DNA of 64,000 nucleotides, taken from the NCBI GenBank assembly GCA_963835575.1, contig CAWIGG010000006.1, forward strand, positions 320,001-384,000, read 5' to 3'. Below are positions 51,523-61,586 of this stretch, piece by piece (position 1 is the first letter of the stretch; every line of letters begins with the position of its first letter). The notes below the pieces were generated by a model. It did no database searches, had not been told where the DNA came from, and was given only the letters and a program-made list of their open reading frames with translations. Both the position numbers and the translations under genes were made by a program. Source of the stretch: an uncultured Spirochaetota bacterium (GTDB lineage: Bacteria; Spirochaetota; Brevinematia; Brevinematales; JAOACQ01).

Positions 51523-51801
51523 ATGAGCGTCTTTGAAATTATCATGCTTCTCTGTTTCGGGGCCGCGTGGCCCTTCTCGATTTATAAATCCTACCGCTCC
51601 GGGTCAAATAATGGTAAAAGTATTATTTTTCTTCTGATTGTATTGATTGGATATGCCGCGGGGGTTCTGCATAAGATTTATTATAATTTTAATATGGTCA
51701 TCGTTTTTTACTGCGTCAATCTGGCAATGGTAGCGCTGGACTGCCTGATCTTTATCAGGAACAGCAGGCTCGGCGCGGTCAGAAAAATAAAAACTGATTA
51801 A
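51523..51801 (+). CDS. Small 3-TM PQ-loop-like membrane protein
   Basis: FEIIMLLCFGAAWPFSIYKS...GKS pattern. Confidence 0.7.
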   Translation: MSVFEIIMLLCFGAAWPFSIYKSYRSGSNNGKSIIFLLIVLIGYAAGVLHKIYYNFNMVIVFYCVNLAMVALDCLIFIRNSRLGAVRKIKTD

Positions 51802-51989
51802 AGCTGGAATGTGAAAAAAACCGGCTGGAAAAAAACCTCCTTACGGGGTCTGGTTTATAACATTTTGTGAAACAATTAAAACACCGGTAATTCCGCGTAA
51901 AGGATTTCTTTATAAAAAGCTTTTTTTCTTGATTTATTTTGCGAGAAAGAATAATATTTTAAAATTGAAAGGTATAAGAGGTAGATAAA

Positions 51990-52433
51990 ATGCCTGTTTC
52001 AAAGACTGATATTGAAAATTGCTTAAGTTATTTTGACAGAGGATACAGCTGCGCCGAATCCGTGGCTTTAACGGGCATGGAGCTGGCGGGAATACGGACG
52101 GAACTTGTCCCGAAGATCGCGACAGGTTTCTCGGGCGGTGTCTGCCGGACAAAGTCGCTCTGCGGGGCTGTGGCCGGGGCTGTTCTTGTCCTCGGCGCCA
52201 GGTACGGCCGGATGAAACCGGAGGATGACAGGACGCTCTTAAACGCAAAGGTCCAGGTTTTTATGGGCGAATTCAGGGAAAAATTCGGCAGCGACAACTG
52301 CTATGAACTGACGGGAATTGACTTCAACGCTCCCGGGGGACAGGAAGCGTATAAAAACAAAACCCACAGGCAGATCTGTCATAAATTAGTGGAGTTTGCC
52401 ATAACAAAACTCGGGGAATTGATCGAAGAGTAA
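51990..52433 (+). CDS. C_GCAxxG_C_C family protein
   Basis: YSCAES, CGAVAG and two further Cys. Confidence 0.85.
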   Translation: MPVSKTDIENCLSYFDRGYSCAESVALTGMELAGIRTELVPKIATGFSGGVCRTKSLCGAVAGAVLVLGARYGRMKPEDDRTLLNAKVQVFMGEFREKFGSDNCYELTGIDFNAPGGQEAYKNKTHRQICHKLVEFAITKLGELIEE

Positions 52434-52629
52434 AAACCCATTTTATGATTTAATTTATGCTGCCGGCTTTTTTATTTGCCGCTAAAAAACACGGTTTTGT
52501 CTGAAATCCGGATCGTATTTTATCATGCTTATCCTGGAGCTGTTTTTTTATTTCAGCCGGCCAGGCACAGAAAATAATAACGGCTCTAATCAATGGATAG
52601 AGGCGCAATAGAAAAAGGAAGTATGCCTT

Positions 52630-53697
52630 ATGGTTAAAAAAAGTTTCTATTTTATTCTGAGTCTTATGATTTCAGCCGGAGTTTTTTCTATTATTTATTG
52701 CGAATCCGAAAAGCCTGCCATAATTAAAAGCGACGCTGAAAGCATGGGTTATAAGGGTAAAGTGAAAACCGTGAAGGAGGCGTCCTACTATTCATTGGGG
52801 GATTCCAAGCCGAAAATAGAGGAAATAAATATCTGGAAGTATGATGAAAAAGGGAACAAGCTTTTTTACAGCAGGGAGGAATGGGGCCCCGATTATCTTA
52901 AACGCTTCCGTTTTGAATACGCCTATGCCGATGGCCGGAAAAAATCCCTGAAGCATATTGTGACTTATCTTAATAACAGCGAAAAGGAAGCGGGCCATAC
53001 TGAATATTCCTATAGAACGGATGGCCTTCTTAATTCCGAAAAAACTTATTCCTGTGATAATGAAAAAAATGACTGGGAATTGGAATCGCAGCATATCTAT
53101 GATTATGACAATAAAGGCAATCTTTTGAAGGATACATACAATGAAATTAAAAAAGATGCAAATTCCCGTGTTTCCATGCTGGGGTTGTCTTTTGATTCGG
53201 TTACTGAATTTGAGTATGATGGGAACGGAAAGGTCAAATCGGAGACCGAAACCAGAGCGGGCAGAGAACCTTTTCACAGGACAAGGACAGTTTATGAATA
53301 TAACGATGCCGGTGATATTAAGAAAGAGACTTTCGATGTGGACGGCACCGTATCTGTTACTGAATATGAATATTTTAAGGGGTTATTAACTCGAACTGTG
53401 GAATTTTATACTGAGTATCAGAAAAAACACCAGACTGTAAAATTGTATGAGTATGATAAAGCCGGTAATTTGAAGCGTGAGATTACGGTTTATTTGAATG
53501 ATGAATATGTGGAAACCCGCAGCGTTACCGCGGAGGAATATAGTTATGACTCAAAGGGGAATATAACCAAAAAGCAGGATCAGTACTGGTTCACTGATAC
53601 AACACATGATGTCCCCTATGAAGAATTCGATCCGGCGAAGTGCAAATTTTTATTAAACTCAAGATATAAAATAATAAAGTTTGAATACTGGAAATGA
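52630..53697 (+). CDS. Exported YD-repeat-like protein
   Basis: Signal peptide, GYKGKVKTV, repeated YEYDxxGN units. Confidence 0.75.
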   Translation: MVKKSFYFILSLMISAGVFSIIYCESEKPAIIKSDAESMGYKGKVKTVKEASYYSLGDSKPKIEEINIWKYDEKGNKLFYSREEWGPDYLKRFRFEYAYADGRKKSLKHIVTYLNNSEKEAGHTEYSYRTDGLLNSEKTYSCDNEKNDWELESQHIYDYDNKGNLLKDTYNEIKKDANSRVSMLGLSFDSVTEFEYDGNGKVKSETETRAGREPFHRTRTVYEYNDAGDIKKETFDVDGTVSVTEYEYFKGLLTRTVEFYTEYQKKHQTVKLYEYDKAGNLKREITVYLNDEYVETRSVTAEEYSYDSKGNITKKQDQYWFTDTTHDVPYEEFDPAKCKFLLNSRYKIIKFEYWK

Positions 53698-54085
53698 GTC
53701 GACCTTAGCCCATGCTATTTCGGTATGGCCTGCTCAAGGTCCGCGATGAACGCTAACAAAGGAAGAAAGTTTATCAAACTGATGAAATCCTGAATGGTAT
53801 TAATCAATCAAGACCATTGCGCAGTAAACTTAAGATAATTCCCTGCAAAAGTCTTCAATCGTCAATAATTACATTTCATTTATTTTCATTCTTCATTAAA
53901 TATTCGACAATCAATAACAGTCATTCCAGTTTTGGAAACATTTCACATCTATTCTTTTCTGCCTATCAGCGGAACAGGCCAGTCTGCGCTGTAGAATCCT
54001 GATGAGTTATTCAGATCTTATAAGCAGCAAAATATTTTTTATTATTTTATCAAAATTCAGTAGTTTGAAACGTATTATTAATAAA

Positions 54086-54288
54086 GGGCAGTTCCAAAAA
54101 CTCAAAATCAATCAGATATTTCCAACATAGGTTTTGGAACTGCCCCGGTTATATAATCTCTTGTAAATTTAATTGGCGCTACCGTATAGAGTTCACTGGT
54201 TGATGATCTTTTCAGACAGAGAACTCGGGCGGTAGCATGAACTCATATAATAGCGGCAGTTCTAAATATTTGAGTTTTTAGAACTGCC
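54086..54288. mobile_element. Composite hairpin element (MITE-like), copy 2, inverted relative to copy 1
   Basis: 54136-54288 is the reverse complement of 14904-15056 (4 mismatches). Confidence 0.75.
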
Positions 54289-54346
54289 ATAAAAAGAGTC
54301 CATTTAAATTGTGATATGTCTAAATTTATATATTAAGGAGGATGAA

Positions 54347-54829
54347 ATGATAATCAGGTTCTTTTCAGGTCTATTGGTAATGACAGCTCTCATGGCGTTT
54401 CTCGCCTGCTCTCAGCAGCCGGGAGACAATGGAAGCTCCGGTTCTTCTTCATCTAGTGCGGGCACCAGCAGTTCTTCAACCGGTGGCAGCTCATCAGCAG
54501 GGACTAGTTCTTCTGCCGGACAGAAAATAACGATATCCGGTACCATTACTCTTCCCGCTCCGCAGATCGGCAAGTTATATTTAATTGACTTCGATACAAA
54601 CAGCGGCAGCGGCTCTGTGTCTAATATTGCCGGATTTACATCCGGAAGCACAATCTCCTATTCAGTCGGAAATCTTCCGGCAGGAGATTATATGTTCATG
54701 GGATGGGTGGATGTTGACGGCAGCACATCAGTGAATTCCGGGGATTATATGTCATTCTTCCCGGGATTAGCATCGACCACCAATCTGACAGCGGATTCAA
54801 CAATCGATTTTACTCTTGCCACATACTAA
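54347..54829 (+). CDS. Lipoprotein with Ser/Gly-rich tether
   Basis: SD AAGGAGG, lipobox FLAC, (S)n-AGT repeats, small beta domain. Confidence 0.75.
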   Translation: MIIRFFSGLLVMTALMAFLACSQQPGDNGSSGSSSSSAGTSSSSTGGSSSAGTSSSAGQKITISGTITLPAPQIGKLYLIDFDTNSGSGSVSNIAGFTSGSTISYSVGNLPAGDYMFMGWVDVDGSTSVNSGDYMSFFPGLASTTNLTADSTIDFTLATY

Positions 54830-54842
54830 AAAAAAGAAAAAT

Positions 54843-54862
54843 AGCGGGGCGGAAGCCCCGCT
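54843..54862. terminator. Probable bidirectional terminator
   Basis: AGCGGGGC-GGAA-GCCCCGCT with A run upstream, between convergent genes. Confidence 0.75.
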
Positions 54863-54894
54863 TGTAATTATTTTATTTTGATCTGCATTTACTT

Positions 54895-56079
54895 TTATTT
54901 CGGTATCGCCTGCTCCAGATCGGCGATGATGTCCTCGGAATTTTCCACGCCCAGCGCCAGCCGGATTAGTCCGTCCTTGATGCCCAGTTTCAGCCGTTCC
55001 TCCCTTGTGTAATCGTAGTAGCTGATGGACGCAGGGTGCGTTATGAGGGACTCGACGCCGCCCAGGCTCGGCCCGATATTAATGATCTTGAGGGCGCTCA
55101 GGAATTTATGGACATACTGGATGTCGTCCTTCATCTCGAACGTCACCACGCCGCCGAAGCCGCTCATCTGTTCCCGGGCCACAGTAAAATGAGGATGGCT
55201 GGGCAGGCCGGGATAGTAGACCCTTTTGATCATCGGGTGCGATTCCAGGAATTCCGCTATTTTCTGTCCGTTTTCGTTATGCCGCATCATGCGCAGTTCA
55301 AATGTCTTCAAACCGCGGATCAGTAAATAAGACGAAAACGGGTCGATAACGCCGCCGGTCGTTTTGAGAAAATCCCGGATGGGGTCCGTCAGGTTTTTTT
55401 TGCCGAGCACGACGCCTGCCAGGAGATCGTTATGGCCGCCGAAATATTTGGTGGCGCTGTGAATAACCAGGTGCACGCCGTATTCAAGCGGCTTCTGGTT
55501 GAACGGGGTCGCGAAAGTGCTGTCGGAAATAACAGTAATGCCGGGATGCTTATTGAAGATGTTCATCAACCGTTCAAGGTCCATAATGTTCAGGTAGGGG
55601 TTCGTAGGCGATTCGGAAATAAAGACCTTCGTGTTTTTCTTTATGGCGCTTTCGATCGCGTCATAATCGCACATCTTGACGATGGTGCATTCTATATTAA
55701 ACTTCGGCAGCCTTGTCTTGCAGAAATCAAGGGTCCGTTTGTAGGCGTCGTCGGTCAGGATAACATGGTCGCCGGCGTTCAGCAGGGCGAAAAGCGTTGT
55801 CGTCAAAGCGCTCATACCGGAGGAAAATAATATGGCGTCCTCGGTGCCTTCAAGGGCGGCCAGTTTTCCCTCTGCGGCAAGCTGGGTCGGATGTCCGTAG
55901 CGGCCGTACTCGAACCTGTTTTTCGCGCCCGTGGCAAGCTCGCTGATCTCTTTTGTATTTTTAAAAATAAATGTCGAGCTCTGAACTATCGGCGTTGTGA
56001 TGGAACCGTATTCATTATAGCGGATCTCGCCGGCGTGCACTGCCTTTGTTGAAAAGCCCTGGTTTTCCTTTTTCCCCAT
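54895..56079 (-). CDS. PLP-dependent trans-sulfuration enzyme (cystathionine gamma-synthase/lyase family)
   Basis: YGRYGHPT, FSSGMSA, ESPTNP, HSATKYFGGHND, SLGGVESL. Confidence 0.92.
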   Translation of the reverse strand: MGKKENQGFSTKAVHAGEIRYNEYGSITTPIVQSSTFIFKNTKEISELATGAKNRFEYGRYGHPTQLAAEGKLAALEGTEDAILFSSGMSALTTTLFALLNAGDHVILTDDAYKRTLDFCKTRLPKFNIECTIVKMCDYDAIESAIKKNTKVFISESPTNPYLNIMDLERLMNIFNKHPGITVISDSTFATPFNQKPLEYGVHLVIHSATKYFGGHNDLLAGVVLGKKNLTDPIRDFLKTTGGVIDPFSSYLLIRGLKTFELRMMRHNENGQKIAEFLESHPMIKRVYYPGLPSHPHFTVAREQMSGFGGVVTFEMKDDIQYVHKFLSALKIINIGPSLGGVESLITHPASISYYDYTREERLKLGIKDGLIRLALGVENSEDIIADLEQAIPK

Positions 56080-56490
56080 ATTAAGCCTCCTTTTCAAGGT
56101 CCATTAATAATATCAACAATTAGTTATCATACCATTAAGCCCAGTTTTTTGCAAAAATCGGCTGGTAAAGTCTATTGACTTTTTACCTCCGATCCTCAAG
56201 ACAGCGTCTGAGACAATGGAATGACGATTAAATCCTGTTAATATGGCGGCATGGCGGGATTTCGCATATCGCGGATCAACTTTACAATCGTAAAATAAAT
56301 TTGTATTGACAAGAATTCTTCTTTCATATAGAATATCCCTCATGGGATTATAAAAATTCAAGCCGGTAATTAAAAACCCGCGAAAGCTTTTTTTTACATA
56401 AAAAAAATAGTAATTTATTATATTAATTAGGGTTATTATCATTCAAAAATGAGATTTCTGATGATTTGATTTTGATCTGCCGGGGGTTTT

Positions 56491-57573
56491 ATGAATAGAT
56501 TGGCAAACAACAATAAAAGTCATCTGAATGCCGAGCAAAAAAGGAAATATATTCTGCTCCGGATGATATTTATAATATGTATGCTGATCTTTGCCATATT
56601 GTTTGCCTTGTTTTTTTATCTTCAGATCCGGGTCTTATGGATTTTCAATATTTTTTGTTTCAGTATTTTAATATTAAATTTTTTCCTTATTAAAAAGGAA
56701 AAATTTCTTTTGTCCTTACAATTAACGGTTTTGGTAATTATTGCTCATTCAATGTTCGACTCCTACTGTCTGGGCTGGAAAAGTAATTTCTGGCTGTATT
56801 TGATCACTTCAGGAATGATAATTGTCAATTCGTTATCCCTAAAAATAAAATGGAAAATCCTGGAAGTCGTTCTTTTTTCAGCTCTTTTAATTGCATTGTA
56901 TATTTTGACTGGAAATGGTTCTCAAGTTTATACAATCCGGCCGGAGATACTGGAAGCGATCTCTATATATAATATCATAACTGCGGTCTTTACCCTTCTG
57001 TTTATATCGTTCTTTAATTTCATGGAAACCGACTCACTGCAGAAAAAGCTGAAGGATCTGTCTGAAATTGACAGTTTGACAGGAGCATATAACAGGAGGT
57101 TTTTCAACCATTATCTGGACATAGAGATCCGGAGGATGGTCAGTCAACTTCAATATAAACTGGATGGAAGAGTCAATTTCGGGATCGCAATGCTGGACGT
57201 TGACAACTTTAAAGAGATCAATGATCAATTCGGGCACTTGATCGGTGACAATGTCCTTATGGATATAGCACGGATCGTTAAGTCTGTATTATTTGAAAGG
57301 GATATCCTTTGCCGCTACGGAGGAGACGAGTTTGTAATTCTCTATACTTCAACCTCCCGGGAAGGGGCCATCCTGGCCAATGAAAAGATCCGCAAGATTG
57401 TGGATAACCATACTTTTTTTCTGAACCAGGATCATCCGATGAAACACATCACTATAAGCATTGGATTTGCGAATTTTGATGAGGAGCCCGATATTTACAA
57501 ACTGCTGGACCTGGCCGATAAAAGGGTTTATAAAGCCAAGAAAAACGGCAGGAATCAGGTGATCAGTGATTAA
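56491..57573 (+). CDS. Membrane-bound diguanylate cyclase
   Basis: ~6 TM, DSLTGAYNRR, RYGGDEF. Confidence 0.9.
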   Translation: MNRLANNNKSHLNAEQKRKYILLRMIFIICMLIFAILFALFFYLQIRVLWIFNIFCFSILILNFFLIKKEKFLLSLQLTVLVIIAHSMFDSYCLGWKSNFWLYLITSGMIIVNSLSLKIKWKILEVVLFSALLIALYILTGNGSQVYTIRPEILEAISIYNIITAVFTLLFISFFNFMETDSLQKKLKDLSEIDSLTGAYNRRFFNHYLDIEIRRMVSQLQYKLDGRVNFGIAMLDVDNFKEINDQFGHLIGDNVLMDIARIVKSVLFERDILCRYGGDEFVILYTSTSREGAILANEKIRKIVDNHTFFLNQDHPMKHITISIGFANFDEEPDIYKLLDLADKRVYKAKKNGRNQVISD

Positions 57574-57714
57574 GCAAAGAATTTATAATCTGCCATGCTG
57601 ACTTAAACGGCTCTTTGAAAACTGAAGCAAAGGTAATTTCCTATAAAAGTAGATGAATGCTTTTGAATGAAACAAGCGTTGAAATTGACGGCCTTCCAAC
57701 AGGGGGAATAACGA

Positions 57715-58119
57715 CTAATCAAGATAAAATAATTCATATATATTTGTTTCTTCCGGGTCATAAAAAACAATAACATTACTGCCTTTTACCATGCGTTTTG
57801 TCATATTATCCCAATGTTCTTTTGAAGGCCAGTGCACGAAGAGGGAGCCTTCGCCGTTTATTGCCGTTCCTTTATAATCTTTATATTTAAATTTTATTTT
57901 ATAGCCGGCGTCCTCGTCAACAACCAGTTTGGAGGATGTGATGACTCCAATGGTTTTAATGGATGTAAATATAAAATAGTGCAGGTATTCCTTATAGGCG
58001 ATGGATCTGCTGTTTTCTTTGACGAACGATGAACCGCCGTACATTTTATTCTTCATTTTTTCTATCCGGGATTTCAATCCCGGATCATTGAGCAGTTCAT
58101 GTACGCTTTTCCCTTTCAT
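57715..58119 (-). CDS. Hypothetical protein (C-terminus DUF3592-like)
   Basis: 134 aa; KGSNVIVFYDPE. Confidence 0.5.
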   Translation of the reverse strand: MKGKSVHELLNDPGLKSRIEKMKNKMYGGSSFVKENSRSIAYKEYLHYFIFTSIKTIGVITSSKLVVDEDAGYKIKFKYKDYKGTAINGEGSLFVHWPSKEHWDNMTKRMVKGSNVIVFYDPEETNIYELFYLD

Positions 58120-58229
58120 ACATTGATCCTTGAATTTACTATGTGATTCCGATTAACTGCTGCCTGCTTAGTCTGCCGAAAAAAATGCAAAAAGACCGGC
58201 AAATCGGCAAAAAAATTAAACAGTGATTT

Positions 58230-58862
58230 TTATTTCACGGCAAAAATGATGTCGGAGAGCGTTATTTCCTTTTTATCAAAGCAGAAATGATAGAGCCTCT
58301 GCTTTTCGAAACCGGCTGTATATCCGTCAATGACCGTCTTCAGCCAGTCTATTTCGGCTTTGAGTTTCCAGTGCTGTCCGGCCCTCGAAAACAGAACGAG
58401 AAAGAGCCGGTTTTTATAGTGCATTCTCCTTTCCCGTGATTGATTTTCATAGAGCCACAGGATGAGGCTGTAGGGGTCATTCCGCGCCTCGGCCAGTGTT
58501 TTTCCATAGCCAGCAGGGAATACAGATGTCTTCAGATCGAACTTGATGCCGCCGATCTCAAAATCGGAGAAACGGTTTTTTCTGTCGGCTTCCGCCTTGA
58601 CATGGGGCGAGGCGGCGAAGATATGCTCTAACGCCATGGCCGACCAGAAATTGTACCACCGGTTCAGCGCGTAATCCTTCAGGGCTGTATAATCCTCACG
58701 GCCGCCGAAGTTTCTATCTGCTGTATCGATGAGTTTGTCATATTCAACGATGGAATAGATAAAATCCGTCAATCTGTCATATCGGTTGTCCTGAATCTTT
58801 CCCCAGTCATAAGGGACAAACCACCGCTTTTTTAATTCGGTTTCGATTTTAATGAGATCCAT
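58230..58862 (-). CDS. Hypothetical protein, possible PD-(D/E)xK nuclease
   Basis: E...SDFEIGGIKFDLKTS spacing fits E/PD/(D/E)xK. Confidence 0.5.
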   Translation of the reverse strand: MDLIKIETELKKRWFVPYDWGKIQDNRYDRLTDFIYSIVEYDKLIDTADRNFGGREDYTALKDYALNRWYNFWSAMALEHIFAASPHVKAEADRKNRFSDFEIGGIKFDLKTSVFPAGYGKTLAEARNDPYSLILWLYENQSRERRMHYKNRLFLVLFSRAGQHWKLKAEIDWLKTVIDGYTAGFEKQRLYHFCFDKKEITLSDIIFAVK

Positions 58863-58940
58863 ATTGTTTTTCCCCGATAAAATAAAAAATAATATCTTCT
58901 ATAACAGGTAAGCCCGGATATTCGAAGGTCTCTCTATTAA

Positions 58941-59672
58941 TTATAATTTATCTATTAAATCATCCGCCATGGAATCCGGTTCGCTCTTCAGATCCGAGAC
59001 AAAGGTGCCGAACTTTTGATAACCGATGAATATGCCGCCCCTGGGTTCGATCAACTGCTTCATCCGACTTTTCATGGCTTCCTTCATTTCAGGGCTTATA
59101 TCGGTAAACCAGCCGCTCAGGATCACAAAGCACTTAACGCCTTTCAGATCGGCGCTGTTAATAAAATCAACAAAAGGCGGGCGGGGTTTGCTTCCATAGA
59201 CCGGGGATGAGAGTATTATTGCCGATACTTCTTTCGGGTTTATCTTCAAATCGGGTCCGGCAGTATAGAGTGTGACTTTTATTCCTTTGCCGGAGAGTCT
59301 GCCGGCGATAAGCGTGTTTATCCTTTTCTGAAATCCCGATCCGCCGGGATGATAAACAACGGCAACCGATTTGACGCTGTCTGCCTGTTCAAAAACTACC
59401 GGCTTATTGTTCCGGGCCCTGTCGGCGCCGATGAGAACAACGTAAGCATTGGGCAGAGCGATCAATCCGATTAAAATGATAAAAACCCAGAGAACAATTC
59501 CGAAGGCGTGAATACCGGTTTTATCATGGTATAACAGCCAGTGAATTCCGAGAAGGATGAGCGAAATCAGGGCGGCAAAATTAAGCTGCAGCGGCATCCG
59601 GTAGATAAAAGGAAAAAGCAGAATGATGACCTGGCATGCTATCAGAATAACGGATAAAGTAATATAAAACAT
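58941..59672 (-). CDS. Membrane-anchored flavodoxin-like protein
   Basis: Three N-terminal TMs; VVYHPGGSG and ILSSPVYG. Confidence 0.6.
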   Translation of the reverse strand: MFYITLSVILIACQVIILLFPFIYRMPLQLNFAALISLILLGIHWLLYHDKTGIHAFGIVLWVFIILIGLIALPNAYVVLIGADRARNNKPVVFEQADSVKSVAVVYHPGGSGFQKRINTLIAGRLSGKGIKVTLYTAGPDLKINPKEVSAIILSSPVYGSKPRPPFVDFINSADLKGVKCFVILSGWFTDISPEMKEAMKSRMKQLIEPRGGIFIGYQKFGTFVSDLKSEPDSMADDLIDKL

Positions 59673-59859
59673 AATCCCTCCGTCCGGAATTCCTCAAAGA
59701 TTGCTTTTTCTTTCAGCATGGAGCCAAACACTTTTTAACGCTATTGAATAAAAGAGGTAAAAACCGCCTGCCATCACAAACCGAGTGAACTATTTGTATT
59801 GACAGACGGATGCTATTTACCTTTTCAACGCTTGATTATAAGCTTTGAACTTATAGGTT

Positions 59860-60123
59860 TTAGAAGCGGCTGGGGCGTTCTTCTCTCGGCCTGGCGACAT
59901 TCACTTTAATGTTCCTGCCGTCGACTTCCTTGCCGTCCAGCTGTTTGATGGCTTCTTCAGCTTCAGCCTGCTCGGGCATTTCAACGAACCCGAAGCCTTT
60001 CGATCTGCCTGATCCGCGGTCAATAACGACTGTTGCTTCACTAACGGTGCCGAAAGCTTTGAAAATATCACTCAAACTCGCATCAGTCGTATTAAACGAA
60101 AGATTTCCTACATAGATTTTCAT
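59860..60123 (-). CDS. RRM RNA-binding protein
   Basis: IYVGNL (RNP2) and KGFGFVEM (RNP1). Confidence 0.95.
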   Translation of the reverse strand: MKIYVGNLSFNTTDASLSDIFKAFGTVSEATVVIDRGSGRSKGFGFVEMPEQAEAEEAIKQLDGKEVDGRNIKVNVARPREERPSRF

Positions 60124-60252
60124 TTATCATCTCCTTTAAGTAAAGTTAATACTCTTATATAGTATAGTCAAGATAATTGTGGCTTATTTTTGGATAAAAA
60201 TCAAACAATTCTTCAATAAGAAGAAAGGTTTCTTTATGGTTTTAAACCGCTT

Positions 60253-60747
60253 TTATTTTTTTATTTGTTTTGCCGGCAATATGAATACCTCTTCCCAGAA
60301 CATGAGATTCATGAGGGTATAGAGCCTGAACCGTCCGGCGCCGTATTTTTCTTTAATTGTTGACCTGCTGATGGGAATGAACCCGATTTGTACTATCAGT
60401 TCTCTGGAAGGCCGGTTCTTCTTTTCAATGGCGGCATATATATCCGCCGGTCCTGTTTCCTTTTCAATAGAATGAATTGCCTGACGAATGAGGCTTTTTC
60501 CGATCCCTTTCCTTCTATAATCCGGATGAACCGCAAGGTAGTAAAGGTACCCGACTTTTTTACTTTCAAGATCAAAAATCCGGTAGTTAATAACCCCGGC
60601 TATTTTGCCCCCGTCTTCCGAGATAAAAGTATTTTGAAGGGAAGCGATGCTTCTTCTGGCAAAATAGGCATAAATCCGGCTGAAGGAAATTGTTAATATC
60701 CCGTTTATTGCTTCCAGGTCGTTTTGTTCCGGTACTCGGATATTCAT
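60253..60747 (-). CDS. GNAT family N-acetyltransferase
   Basis: LAVHPDYRRKGIGKSL. Confidence 0.88.
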   Translation of the reverse strand: MNIRVPEQNDLEAINGILTISFSRIYAYFARRSIASLQNTFISEDGGKIAGVINYRIFDLESKKVGYLYYLAVHPDYRRKGIGKSLIRQAIHSIEKETGPADIYAAIEKKNRPSRELIVQIGFIPISRSTIKEKYGAGRFRLYTLMNLMFWEEVFILPAKQIKK

Positions 60748-60840
60748 ATAATATAATCCCTTTAAAATTCCTCAAGATATGTTCGGCGGCCGGTTTAATA
60801 AACATAAATGATAGCTAATAGGTATGCCGGGCCGGCCTTT

Positions 60841-61075
60841 TTATTTTACTCCGGCCTCTTTTAACAGGCTGATGATATTCTTGTGTCCATTTTCGGCCGC
60901 GTACATCAAAGCTGTCCTGCCTTCATTATCCATTGCATTGATATTTCCTTGATAACTCTTAATAAATTTGATATCCCGTTTAATGGAGGCGTCGATCAAA
61001 GGCACTCTGGAACATGAGTTGGTCAGGATAAATGCGAAGTTTGTGAGCAAAATAAAAAATTAAACACTTTTTCAT
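60841..61075 (-). pseudogene. Small ankyrin-repeat lipoprotein with 1-bp frameshift
   Basis: NINAMDNEGRTALMYAAENGH; removing one base from the A6 run at 61054-61059 joins ATG 61075 to give MKKCLIFILLTNFAFILTNSC. Confidence 0.6.
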
Positions 61076-61123
61076 ATGGATTAATTCTCCCGGTTTTGAT
61101 ATTATTTCTTTGTCTTCTCCGGC

Positions 61124-61576
61124 TCACCTGTTCTTTTTTACCGTCGGCGCTTTAACCTGCCTTTTTATTCCTTTACTGTCTGTAATACGGGCCAGCTTAA
61201 GCGTATCGAATTCCCGGATGACGATTTCAGCCAGGTATAAAACACGGCATCCTTTTTCCAGGTGGCCGGCATAGGCCTTTTTATGGTCCGAGACCACGGC
61301 GTGCAGGTGTGGAACGCCGTCCGCGATGATCCCCTGGACGGAAGCGAGCTCCAGGGGTTTGTTTTTCCATCTTTTGAAATATTCCACCGGAGGATATCCT
61401 GTTGTCATGACCATATGCAGGACGCAGAAATCCAGCGTGCCGATCCCTGATAACACCACGCCGTCCCTTATTTTTTCCTTTCGGATGGTTTCATTGACGC
61501 TGTCCAGCACATCATTTCCGGGGTCAAGCCGGAGGACGAAGGTCCTTCCAGCGTCTTTTCCTGAAAAAGAGTCCAT
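61124..61576 (-). CDS. PPC/DUF296 domain protein
   Basis: LRLDPG, SGIGTL, ELASVQG, PHLH, AGHL; SD AGGAG before ATG 61576. Confidence 0.85.
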   Translation of the reverse strand: MDSFSGKDAGRTFVLRLDPGNDVLDSVNETIRKEKIRDGVVLSGIGTLDFCVLHMVMTTGYPPVEYFKRWKNKPLELASVQGIIADGVPHLHAVVSDHKKAYAGHLEKGCRVLYLAEIVIREFDTLKLARITDSKGIKRQVKAPTVKKNR

Positions 61577-61586
61577 ATTTTCTCCT

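Noticed and set aside
53700..54080. Possible gene remnant
   Set aside because: No convincing frame on either strand.
56080..56490. SAM riboswitch upstream of the trans-sulfuration gene, and a 109-aa ORF
   Set aside because: No SAM-I core motifs visible; the ORF spans a divergent promoter region and has no recognisable features.
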